NCBI GenBank assembly: GCA_043811375.1
Contig: JBDRNJ010000013.1
Location: 1-16,890, forward strand
DNA length: 16,890 bases
From: a bacterium
Lineage (GTDB): Bacteria; Zixibacteria; MSB-5A5; GN15; FEB-12
Reading direction: 5' to 3'
This document shows, piece by piece, positions 6,505-14,340 of this stretch. Numbering within the stretch: position 1 is the first letter of the stretch; every line of letters starts with the position of its first letter. The notes under the pieces were generated by a model. The model did not search any database. It saw only the letters and a program-made list of their open reading frames with translations, and was not told where the DNA came from. A program made the translations under genes and the position numbers.

Positions 6505-8346
6505 TTGAAAACACCTGCCGACGAATTCTTAACGCCACGCACCAATTCAGCCGCCGTACGCCGACTTATGATGATCGCGGTCTTGTGTCTGTTGACGGCA
6601 CCGGGAGTGTTGTCACAGCCGCAAACCGAACGTCGGCAGGACCTGCCGCTGCCGATCCCCCACATTATCTATACGATTCGAGCCGAAGTGACGCCGGAGT
6701 CGACGCTGGTGCGTGGACAGATGGAAGTCGAGTATGAAAACGTCTCCAATGACACGCTTTCTCAAATCTGGTTTAAGTTAAATCCTCAGGGCAGTTTTCA
6801 CCTTGATTCAATTCTGTACTATGGCGCTCCTCTGCCCGACAGCATGGTGCTGATTGACGACAGCCTGATGAGAGTGACATTGCCGCAGAAGCTGGCCCCG
6901 GGGAGGTCCGGTTTTTTCCTGCTGGCGTTTGAGACCGGGTTGCCGCCGCCGACCGGGTCCATTGATGATGAACCGGTCCTGTTTGCCGACTGGCACCCGT
7001 CCGTTTGTCTCTACCGGGACTGGCGCCGGCTCACCGGTTGGCGGTCCGGTCCGGGCGCGGACATACGTGAGTATTCACTGTATAATGTAGAGCTGCGGAT
7101 CGATTCCGCCTGGTCGATTGTCCATCCGGGAGAGTTGATTAATGAAAAAGAGCACTACGGCTTGCTGCCGCTACTCCACGACGATACGGTCCTGACGGAC
7201 ATCGTCGGTCGGCACAGCTATGGCCCGGGTGGTGCCGGGTATAAGGCGGAGTTCCCTTCAGGAATCAAACAGTACCTGGTGCGGGCACGGACCGGCACCG
7301 ATCTGGTGTTTGCCGCTCATCCTGATCTTGTCAGGGATCGAGCGACGGCCGGGAAGGTAGCGATTGAGGTTTGTTATCCACGTAAACTTCAGAGCACCTG
7401 GGCTGTTTTTGTGGCCCGGTCGACCGCTGCCCTGGTACGTCAGTATGAGCAGGTTCTGGGTGAATATCCGCATAGTCGCCTGACGATCGTAGCGGCCCAC
7501 GCCCATCAGCTTGGCAGCAGTGCCCGGCAACTGGTGATCCTTCCGGCAGCTATCCGCGACACCGGACTGCTGCATACCGCCCTGGCGGTAGAGCTGGCCA
7601 ACTGCTGGTTCCCGACGCTGTTTCCGGAAAACGACGGTACCGGGAGATGGTTGAATCACGGGCTGGCCTGCTACCTGGCCGCCACAATCATGTACCACGC
7701 CCGCTGCTCCGCCGGTTGGCAAACCATGAGAGAACTTCGGCAGTGGACTGCCGACAACATTGGCAGCGAGGAGTCAACACAGCGCTTTATTTCCAGTGTC
7801 TTCCGCAAGATACCGGCGGGGCTGCACGCCCTTCGGTTCGCAGTTGGTGATGATACTCTTTTTGCCGCTATCCGAGAATATGTTTTATCCTTCAGGCATC
7901 GCCTGACATATCCGGGCGACTTTTCGCAACTGCTAAGTCAGAGAACGGGCAGCAGCAGCGCTGCTCTGTTTGACGAAATCATGGTCACCGGCGACAGTAT
8001 CGACTTTGGCGTTTCGGATTTGAAAACTGGCGCCGTTGCCGGTGGATATGATATTTCCTATAAGGTAACCAGTAACGGTCCGGTGGCTCTGCCGATTGAA
8101 GTCGGATACGTGATCAATGCCACCGATACCATTTACGATACGCTGGTATCGAGCCGGTTTCCCGCCGGCACTGTTTCGCCAACTGTTCATCGCTGGATGG
8201 CGCTCCGCCCAAAGGCAATCGTGCTGGACCCCAACCACTATCTGCCTGATTGCCGCCGGAGCAATAACTACCGTTTTGTTCTCCCGGTTCGTTTTCGTTA
8301 TAGCCCGCCGCGAACTCTGTTTCCCGCCTACGATCTGGGCCGGTAA
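6505..8346 (+). CDS. Secreted M1 aminopeptidase-like protein with degenerate zinc-binding motif
   Basis: Signal-peptide-like LMMIAVLCLLTAPGVLS; M1 features YENVSNDTL, GEYPHSRLTIV, ELANCWF, WLNHGLACY, LHALRFAVGDDTL, HRLTYPGDF, LDPNHYLPD..RSNN. TTG start has GGAGG at 6491; alternative ATG 6568. Confidence 0.8.
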   Translation: MKTPADEFLTPRTNSAAVRRLMMIAVLCLLTAPGVLSQPQTERRQDLPLPIPHIIYTIRAEVTPESTLVRGQMEVEYENVSNDTLSQIWFKLNPQGSFHLDSILYYGAPLPDSMVLIDDSLMRVTLPQKLAPGRSGFFLLAFETGLPPPTGSIDDEPVLFADWHPSVCLYRDWRRLTGWRSGPGADIREYSLYNVELRIDSAWSIVHPGELINEKEHYGLLPLLHDDTVLTDIVGRHSYGPGGAGYKAEFPSGIKQYLVRARTGTDLVFAAHPDLVRDRATAGKVAIEVCYPRKLQSTWAVFVARSTAALVRQYEQVLGEYPHSRLTIVAAHAHQLGSSARQLVILPAAIRDTGLLHTALAVELANCWFPTLFPENDGTGRWLNHGLACYLAATIMYHARCSAGWQTMRELRQWTADNIGSEESTQRFISSVFRKIPAGLHALRFAVGDDTLFAAIREYVLSFRHRLTYPGDFSQLLSQRTGSSSAALFDEIMVTGDSIDFGVSDLKTGAVAGGYDISYKVTSNGPVALPIEVGYVINATDTIYDTLVSSRFPAGTVSPTVHRWMALRPKAIVLDPNHYLPDCRRSNNYRFVLPVRFRYSPPRTLFPAYDLGR

Positions 8347-8433
8347 GCTTTCATGCGACGGAGGCGCAGTCGAATTGCAGGAATTGATCCGGCGAGGCCG
8401 CGACCAAAAATCGCTACCGGCCAATAAAAGTCC

Positions 8434-8458
8434 GTGTGGCCGCGATCTGTGATCGCGG
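8434..8458 (+). repeat. GTGG-tagged REP-like palindrome (family D, copy 2)
   Basis: GTGTGG-CCGCGATC-TGT-GATCGCGG; matches 3168..3192. Confidence 0.8.
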
Positions 8459-8742
8459 TTCATAGTCGAACCGGGGCAATTCCCATATTCATTTGGCCTG
8501 CGAAAGGGTATGGGAAGAAGTCAACAGTCCGTACACTGCTGCCGATACAATATATACCTGGAACGGCAGCAATAGGGGAGGGGGGGATTGCTGCCACGGG
8601 GTCTATCTGGTTCATATGAAAACAGATTGACTTGCGACCGGGTTGAAGGCGTTGACGCACGACTGATCGGGAAGCCGCTTCCGTAAGTATTGTTGCCACA
8701 GTGGTCAGACCATACGGTCGCGCAGAGCTTGACGACAGCACG

Positions 8743-9426
8743 ATGAAACAAGAGTTGAAAATAGCGCTGGTTGAATCCAGTCGGTACCATGCCCGTCTTC
8801 TCGCCGGGGAACTGGCGGAGAGACTTCCCGGCAGTTCGATATCGGTTTTTGGATGCGGCCAGGCGGCCCTGGGTGAATTGCGTCGTCGCTGCTTTGATAT
8901 TGCCATTATAGGACTTGATTTGCCCGATGTGGACGGGGTTGGATTTATTAAGCTCTTGCGCCGGGATGTGGGTGACCTGCCGATCATTGCCGTTGGCGAC
9001 AGTAACGGCAAGGGGCCCAGGAAGGATGCTATCGCATTCGGCGCCAACGACTTCTACGCCAGGGATGTCTCCCGTCACGAAAACCTTGTCAGAATGGTAA
9101 ACAAGCTGTGTCGTACGAGCCGCAGGAAGCCGATCAGGCCGGAAGAAAAAAACCAGATCGATTTGATCAGGGTCACCGCTGGCACACTGCGCCATGAGAT
9201 CAACAATCCGTTAATGACCATTCTGGGTGTAACGGAACTGATTCTCGACAATGGCTATCAGTGTGATCGGGAAGTGACTCGTAAACTGCGCATTGTTCGT
9301 CGCTCGGCGCAGCGGATTCATACGGCTCTGTCACGGCTTTCCCGTATCTCTCAACCGGAAATCCGGGATACACCGATCGGCAAGCTGATAGACCCCCGAA
9401 AGTCCACCGTGACCGGCAAGTCGTGA
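8743..9426 (+). CDS. Atypical receiver domain fused to a HisKA phosphoacceptor domain, no HATPase
   Basis: Receiver-like pattern KIALVES...FDIAIIGLDLPDVDG...LPIIAV...GANDF; H-box TLRHEINNPLMTILG; protein ends soon after. ATG 8743 chosen; GTG 8701 possible. Confidence 0.82.
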   Translation: MKQELKIALVESSRYHARLLAGELAERLPGSSISVFGCGQAALGELRRRCFDIAIIGLDLPDVDGVGFIKLLRRDVGDLPIIAVGDSNGKGPRKDAIAFGANDFYARDVSRHENLVRMVNKLCRTSRRKPIRPEEKNQIDLIRVTAGTLRHEINNPLMTILGVTELILDNGYQCDREVTRKLRIVRRSAQRIHTALSRLSRISQPEIRDTPIGKLIDPRKSTVTGKS

Positions 9427-9456
9427 ACCACGATGTTCTTGTGTCCGGAATAACAG

Positions 9457-9484
9457 TTGACAAGTAACAAAGAGCCTCTATCTT
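9457..9484 (+). promoter_or_regulatory. Putative sigma70 promoter of the yicC-gmk-rpoZ-topA cluster
   Basis: TTGACA-N16-TATCTT, ending 30 nt before ATG 9515. Confidence 0.6.
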
Positions 9485-9514
9485 TCAAATCTTGTTTGAT
9501 TCAGGTGTAAACGT

Positions 9515-10390
9515 ATGAATTCAATGACCGGATTCGGCAAAGCCGAAATACATACCCGTGCGGGTGATTTTACTGTTGAGATTTCAAGCGTCAACAGCCG
9601 CTTTCTGGAAATCTCGGCTCGATTGCCGCGTCAATTTTCACTGCTGGAGTATCGTCTGCGGGAATTAGCCGGTGATTACCTGAGTCGAGGTAAAGTGACA
9701 GTCTTTGTCGGCTATCGCGAACCCCGGGAAACACCCGGGAAATATCGCGTAAACGAATATGCCGTAAAGGCTTATTATAAACAGTTGGTAGCCATGAAAA
9801 AAAACCTGAAATTGGCCGGCGAGATCAGTGTGGGAGACCTGCTGATACTGCCGGAGATTGCCTTCACGGAGGATGTAACTGACGATGTCGAGGCGATCTG
9901 GGTGGGGATCAGGAAGGCTGCCGTCAGGGGGCTGGAGGATATGATTCGAATGCGGCGCCGCGAAGGGATCGCTATGGCGCGGGATATGAGGCGGCGACTG
10001 CCCGTCATGGCGCGGCATATCCGCAGAATTTCCACCGATTCACCGAAAGTCGTTGAGAAATACCGGCAAAAACTTACCACCCGGATAGCTGATCTGACTG
10101 ACCCGACCGTCTATGATCCCGGTCGGTTGGAACAGGAAATTGCCATTGTTGCGGAAAAAAGTGATGTCTCGGAAGAATGTACTCGGCTGTTAAGTCATAT
10201 TGACCAGTATCGGCGTGCTCTGGCCGTCAAAGAGCCGGTTGGCAAAAAACTTAACTTCCTGTTGCAGGAAATGAACCGCGAGGTAAATACTATCGCGTCG
10301 AAATGCCAGGAGATGGTGGTGCTCAGGGCGGCCATTGCCCTTAAGGAAGAAGTCGAGAAACTGCGTGAACTGGTACAGAACGTCGAGTAG
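9515..10390 (+). CDS. yicC: YicC/YloC family endoribonuclease
   Basis: MNSMTGFG, SVNSRFLE, RGKV, DVSEECTRL.SH, GKKLNFLLQEMNREVNTIASK, EKLRELVQNVE; upstream of gmk as usual. Confidence 0.96.
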   Translation: MNSMTGFGKAEIHTRAGDFTVEISSVNSRFLEISARLPRQFSLLEYRLRELAGDYLSRGKVTVFVGYREPRETPGKYRVNEYAVKAYYKQLVAMKKNLKLAGEISVGDLLILPEIAFTEDVTDDVEAIWVGIRKAAVRGLEDMIRMRRREGIAMARDMRRRLPVMARHIRRISTDSPKVVEKYRQKLTTRIADLTDPTVYDPGRLEQEIAIVAEKSDVSEECTRLLSHIDQYRRALAVKEPVGKKLNFLLQEMNREVNTIASKCQEMVVLRAAIALKEEVEKLRELVQNVE

Positions 10391-10408
10391 TAGTAGCTGC
10401 GAAACAGA

Positions 10409-11032
10409 ATGAAGCAAAACAGGCACGGTAAAATCGTAATCATTTCGTCGCCGTCAGGTGGCGGCAAAACATCGATATGTCACCGGTTATTGTCCCCGAC
10501 GCGCCGGAAACAGGGGTGGCAGTTTTCGGTCTCTTATACCACTCGTGAGCGACGTCCCGGCGAAAAAAACGGCCGCGAATACCACTTTGTCACTGACCGT
10601 CAGTTTGACCGTCAGGTTCGTCAGGGTGCTTTTGCCGAGCATTTCCGGGTACACCTCTATCGTTACGGCACTCCCCGGCCGCCGCTTGAGAAAGCTATTA
10701 AAAGCGGCGGAGTCATGGTGCTCGATGTTGATGTCCAGGGAGCTCTCCGGCTCAGGAAGATTTACCCGCAGGCCATAACGATTTTTGTATTACCGCCGTC
10801 CCGAACAGCGTTGCGGGAACGGCTGCAAAGAAGAGGCACGGAATCTCAGGAGCAACTTCGTGTGCGCCGGAAAAATGCCCTGAAAGAGATGAAGCTTTAC
10901 CACCGGTTTGAGTATGTGGTAATCAACGATGACCTGGCCACGGCCGTCAGTGAAGTGCTGGCAATAGTCAGGAGTCATCACTGTCGCACGGTGAATCACG
11001 ATCAGAAACAAATGAGGAAGATTACCGGTTAG
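10409..11032 (+). CDS. gmk: Guanylate kinase
   Basis: P-loop SPSGGGKT, SVSYTTR..RPGE.NGREYHFV, YGTP, LDVDVQGA, IFVLPPS, INDDL. Confidence 0.97.
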   Translation: MKQNRHGKIVIISSPSGGGKTSICHRLLSPTRRKQGWQFSVSYTTRERRPGEKNGREYHFVTDRQFDRQVRQGAFAEHFRVHLYRYGTPRPPLEKAIKSGGVMVLDVDVQGALRLRKIYPQAITIFVLPPSRTALRERLQRRGTESQEQLRVRRKNALKEMKLYHRFEYVVINDDLATAVSEVLAIVRSHHCRTVNHDQKQMRKITG

Positions 11033-11058
11033 TTAAGTGACCGGTATAGGAGGACCAG

Positions 11059-11286
11059 GTGAATAAACTGTCTTTTGAAGAACTGGAGAAGCTGGAGCTA
11101 AATCGCTATGAAGCGGTGATTGTGGCTGCGCAGTATGCCCGTCACCTTAACGCCCAGCGGCTGCGCCAGTTGGAAATGATGGAAGAAAATCCCGAAGTCG
11201 ACATTGATTCCCGCAAAATTACCATGGTTGCCCTCAAAGATCTTCTTGAGGGAAGGGTTAAGTTTACTCGCTCGGATTCGATGTAG
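11059..11286 (+). CDS. rpoZ: RNA polymerase omega subunit
   Basis: NRYEAVIVAAQYARHLN...KITMVALKDL; follows gmk; SD AGGAGG before GTG. Confidence 0.85.
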   Translation: MNKLSFEELEKLELNRYEAVIVAAQYARHLNAQRLRQLEMMEENPEVDIDSRKITMVALKDLLEGRVKFTRSDSM

Positions 11287-11328
11287 TACATTATAGACTG
11301 AACTGCTGACACGTACGAAGGACAGTAC

Positions 11329-13629
11329 ATGGCCGACAACCTGGTAATCGTCGAGTCGCCGACTAAGTGCAAAACTCTCATCCGCTATCTGGGCAAGGGT
11401 TTTGATGTCCTGGCAACGGTCGGGCATATCCGCGATCTGCCCAAATCACGCCTGGGAGTTGACGCCGACAAGGACTTTCAGCCGGAATATCAGATTATCA
11501 AGGGCAAGGAGAAGGTAATTGCGCGGTTGCGCAAAGCGGCCCGCAAGGCTAAAGCGGTTTACCTGGCTCCCGATCCTGATCGCGAGGGTGAAGCGATCGC
11601 CTGGCATGTGGCCGAAAGCCTCAAAGACGACACCAAGGCAGACATTCTGCGAATTGCTTTTAATGAAATAACCAAATCCGCCGTCGTCGAGGCAGTCAAA
11701 AACCCGCGCCGGATCGATATGAACCTGGTCAACGCGCAACAGGCTCGTCGCGTGCTTGATCGCATTGTGGGCTATACCGTCTCTCCGTTTTTGTGGAAAA
11801 CGGTAGCGCGCAATCTTTCAGCGGGACGGGTACAATCGGTGGCGTTACGCCTGGTGTGCGAGCGGGAAGCGGAAGTTCAGGCTTTTCAACCTCAGGAATA
11901 CTGGCAGATTGCAGCGATACTTGAAAATACGGAAGAGCAACAGTTTAAGTCCCGGTTGCTCCGTGTTGACGGTAAGACGGTGGTCAAGCCGGCCGACGCC
12001 GGCGGCAAAAAGATCGCGATTACATCGCGCCGGCAGGCCGATGAATACCTCTCCGAGTTGCGTCAGGCTCAGTGGCTGGTGGCCCAAGTCAAGAAATCAG
12101 AAAAAATACGTCACCCCTCGGCACCGTTTATTACTTCCACGCTGCAACAGGAAGCAGCCAGAGTATCCGGTTTCAGTCCCAAGCAGACCATGACTATTGC
12201 CCAGCAACTGTATGAAGGGATTGAGATTGGCCGGGAGGGACAAACCGGACTGATCACCTATATGCGGACAGACTCTACGCGTATTGCAGCCGAAGCTCTG
12301 CAAGCGGTGCGGGGATTCATTAAGGAACAGTTCGGCAGCGACTATCTGCCGCCCAGACCGGTCACTTACAGCAAGAAAAAGGGCGCTCAGGATGCCCACG
12401 AAGCGATCCGTCCCACCAGTATCAGCCGGCCGCCGGCAACAGTGCGCAAGTACCTGACACCGAGGCAGTTCAAGCTGTATTCGTTGATCTGGAACCGGTT
12501 TGTGGCTTCGCAGATGAAACCAGCCCGGTTCGATGTGGAAACGGTTGACATTTCTGCCGGGCGTTTCTTGTTTCGAGCTACGGCCCAGAGAGTCAATTTT
12601 GAAGGTTTCCTGAAAGTCTACAGCGAAAGCAAGGAACCGGGCGACAACGGTAACGGTAACGGCGACAACGGCAACGGCGTAGAGACCTTGCCGCCACTGA
12701 AACCGGATGAATCGTTGACGCTGATCGATTTGAAATCAAGTCAGTCATTTACCAAACCACCGGCCCGGTACTCCGAAGCGATGCTGGTCAGGCGGCTGGA
12801 GGCCGACGGTATCGGCCGGCCATCAACCTACGCCACAATTATATCCACCTTGAAGGACCGTCGCTATGTAGAGCTGTCTGAACGCAGGCTGACCCCGACG
12901 GAACTCGGCATAGCGGTCAACCGGATACTGGTTACCCATTTGCCCAGGCTGTTTAACGTCAAGTTTACCGCTAACATGGAAAAAGAGCTGGACCTGGTGG
13001 AAGAGGGAACTGATGACTGGATCCGGGTGGCGCGGGAGTTCTACGAGCCGTTTATGGAGACTATCGCCGGGCTCAAGGACAAGGAAGGCGAGATCAAGGC
13101 ATCCCTGACCGAAACTACCGATATCAAGTGCACCAATTGCAGTTCTCCGATGGTTATCAAATGGGGTCGCAACGGGCGTTTTCTGGCCTGTTCGGCCTAT
13201 CCCAAGTGCAAGACTACCCGGCCGCTTCCGGAAGAAGAGGCTCGCAGCCGTACCGACGAGAAGTGTGAGAAATGTAGCGCCCCGATGGTCATCAAAACCG
13301 GACGGTTTGGACGTTTTCTGGCCTGCTCCAATTATCCGAAGTGCAAAAATACTCGGTCGGTCAGTCTGGGTGTCAAGTGTCCCCGGAAAGACTGCGGCGG
13401 CGATATAGTGGAACGACTCTCTCGGACCAAGCGAACTTTCTACGGTTGTTCCAAATACCCCGAATGCGATTTTGCCAGTTGGGACCAGCCGGTAAACAGT
13501 GCCTGCCCGGTGTGTAATCATCCTTTCATGGTGGCCAAAGTCTCCAAGGCTAAGGGCGAATACACCAAGTGTCCGGAGTGCGGTCACCAAGTCTACTCTG
13601 CTGCGGACTCTCCCAAAGCTACCGCCTGA
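11329..13629 (+). CDS. topA: DNA topoisomerase I (type IA) with C-terminal zinc ribbons
   Basis: LVIVESP, GHIRDLP, DPDREGEAIAWH, SAGRVQS, active-site GLITYMRTDS, QDAHEAIRP, GIGRPSTYA; four C4-type Cys clusters at the C-terminus. Confidence 0.98.
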   Translation: MADNLVIVESPTKCKTLIRYLGKGFDVLATVGHIRDLPKSRLGVDADKDFQPEYQIIKGKEKVIARLRKAARKAKAVYLAPDPDREGEAIAWHVAESLKDDTKADILRIAFNEITKSAVVEAVKNPRRIDMNLVNAQQARRVLDRIVGYTVSPFLWKTVARNLSAGRVQSVALRLVCEREAEVQAFQPQEYWQIAAILENTEEQQFKSRLLRVDGKTVVKPADAGGKKIAITSRRQADEYLSELRQAQWLVAQVKKSEKIRHPSAPFITSTLQQEAARVSGFSPKQTMTIAQQLYEGIEIGREGQTGLITYMRTDSTRIAAEALQAVRGFIKEQFGSDYLPPRPVTYSKKKGAQDAHEAIRPTSISRPPATVRKYLTPRQFKLYSLIWNRFVASQMKPARFDVETVDISAGRFLFRATAQRVNFEGFLKVYSESKEPGDNGNGNGDNGNGVETLPPLKPDESLTLIDLKSSQSFTKPPARYSEAMLVRRLEADGIGRPSTYATIISTLKDRRYVELSERRLTPTELGIAVNRILVTHLPRLFNVKFTANMEKELDLVEEGTDDWIRVAREFYEPFMETIAGLKDKEGEIKASLTETTDIKCTNCSSPMVIKWGRNGRFLACSAYPKCKTTRPLPEEEARSRTDEKCEKCSAPMVIKTGRFGRFLACSNYPKCKNTRSVSLGVKCPRKDCGGDIVERLSRTKRTFYGCSKYPECDFASWDQPVNSACPVCNHPFMVAKVSKAKGEYTKCPECGHQVYSAADSPKATA

Positions 13630-13689
13630 CGCGCAGTCGATCTCTTTCGGACGACCATTCTTTTTTCTCTTCCTCCAACGCGGCTGATC

Positions 13690-13698
13690 TGCTATAAT
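13690..13698 (+). promoter_or_regulatory. Extended -10 promoter (TGnTATAAT)
   Basis: TGCTATAAT, with ATG 13706 following after 7 nt. Confidence 0.65.
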
Positions 13699-13705
13699 CA
13701 ATTCC

Positions 13706-14197
13706 ATGAGCGGCAAACGGTCCGACTACATCAGTTGGGAAGAGTACTTCATGGCGATAGCGCAGCTATCGGCCCAGCGCTCCAAAGACCCCTACACTCA
13801 GGTGGGGGCATGTATCGTCAACAGCCAGAAGCGGATTATCGGTATCGGTTACAACGGCTTCCCAACCGGCTGCTCCGATGACGAACTGCCCTGGACCCGG
13901 GAAGGGGACTTCCTGAAGACCAAGTACCCCTATGTCTGCCACGCCGAAATGAACGCCATCACTAATACCTCCAACAAGCCGGACCTGGACGGCGCCACCC
14001 TCTATGTCTCGCTCTTCCCCTGCAACGAATGCGCCAAACTGATTGTGCAGGTGGGTATCAGCGAGGTGGTTTACCTTTCGGATAAACACTATGACGAAGA
14101 AATCTTCGTAGCCGCCCGCCGGATATTCGACATGGCCGGTGTCGGCTACCGTCGCCTGACCCCCAGTCATAGAGAACTGCATTTACTCTTACAGTAG
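13706..14197 (+). CDS. dCMP deaminase family protein
   Basis: [42 protein letters not shown] zinc motifs. Confidence 0.94.
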   Translation: MSGKRSDYISWEEYFMAIAQLSAQRSKDPYTQVGACIVNSQKRIIGIGYNGFPTGCSDDELPWTREGDFLKTKYPYVCHAEMNAITNTSNKPDLDGATLYVSLFPCNECAKLIVQVGISEVVYLSDKHYDEEIFVAARRIFDMAGVGYRRLTPSHRELHLLLQ

Positions 14198-14340
14198 CGC
14201 CACGAATGCCGAGGTCGGACCGTTCGGGGCAGATTGCCGGGCGATGTTATTTTTGGTTGTTATTGATAATGTAGCCCGTAGATTGGTGTTTTCAACCACC
14301 GGCAGCATGCACGGATAGCATAGATAACAGGAGATAGACC

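Noticed and set aside
13636..13670. Terminator after topA
   Set aside because: A T-rich tract is present but the stem is short and interrupted; insufficient support.
12823..13716. 297-aa minus-strand ORF and other long antisense ORFs (2443..3108, 8521..9195, 14503..15063)
   Set aside because: Shadow ORFs opposite well-supported GC-rich genes, with no recognisable motifs.
14198..14340. GlnR/TnrA box, sigma54 promoter or glnA riboswitch upstream of glnA
   Set aside because: No TGTNA-N7-TNACA or GG-N10-GC consensus recognised; only a weak TTGTTA-N16-TAGATT. A riboswitch cannot be supported without an Rfam scan.
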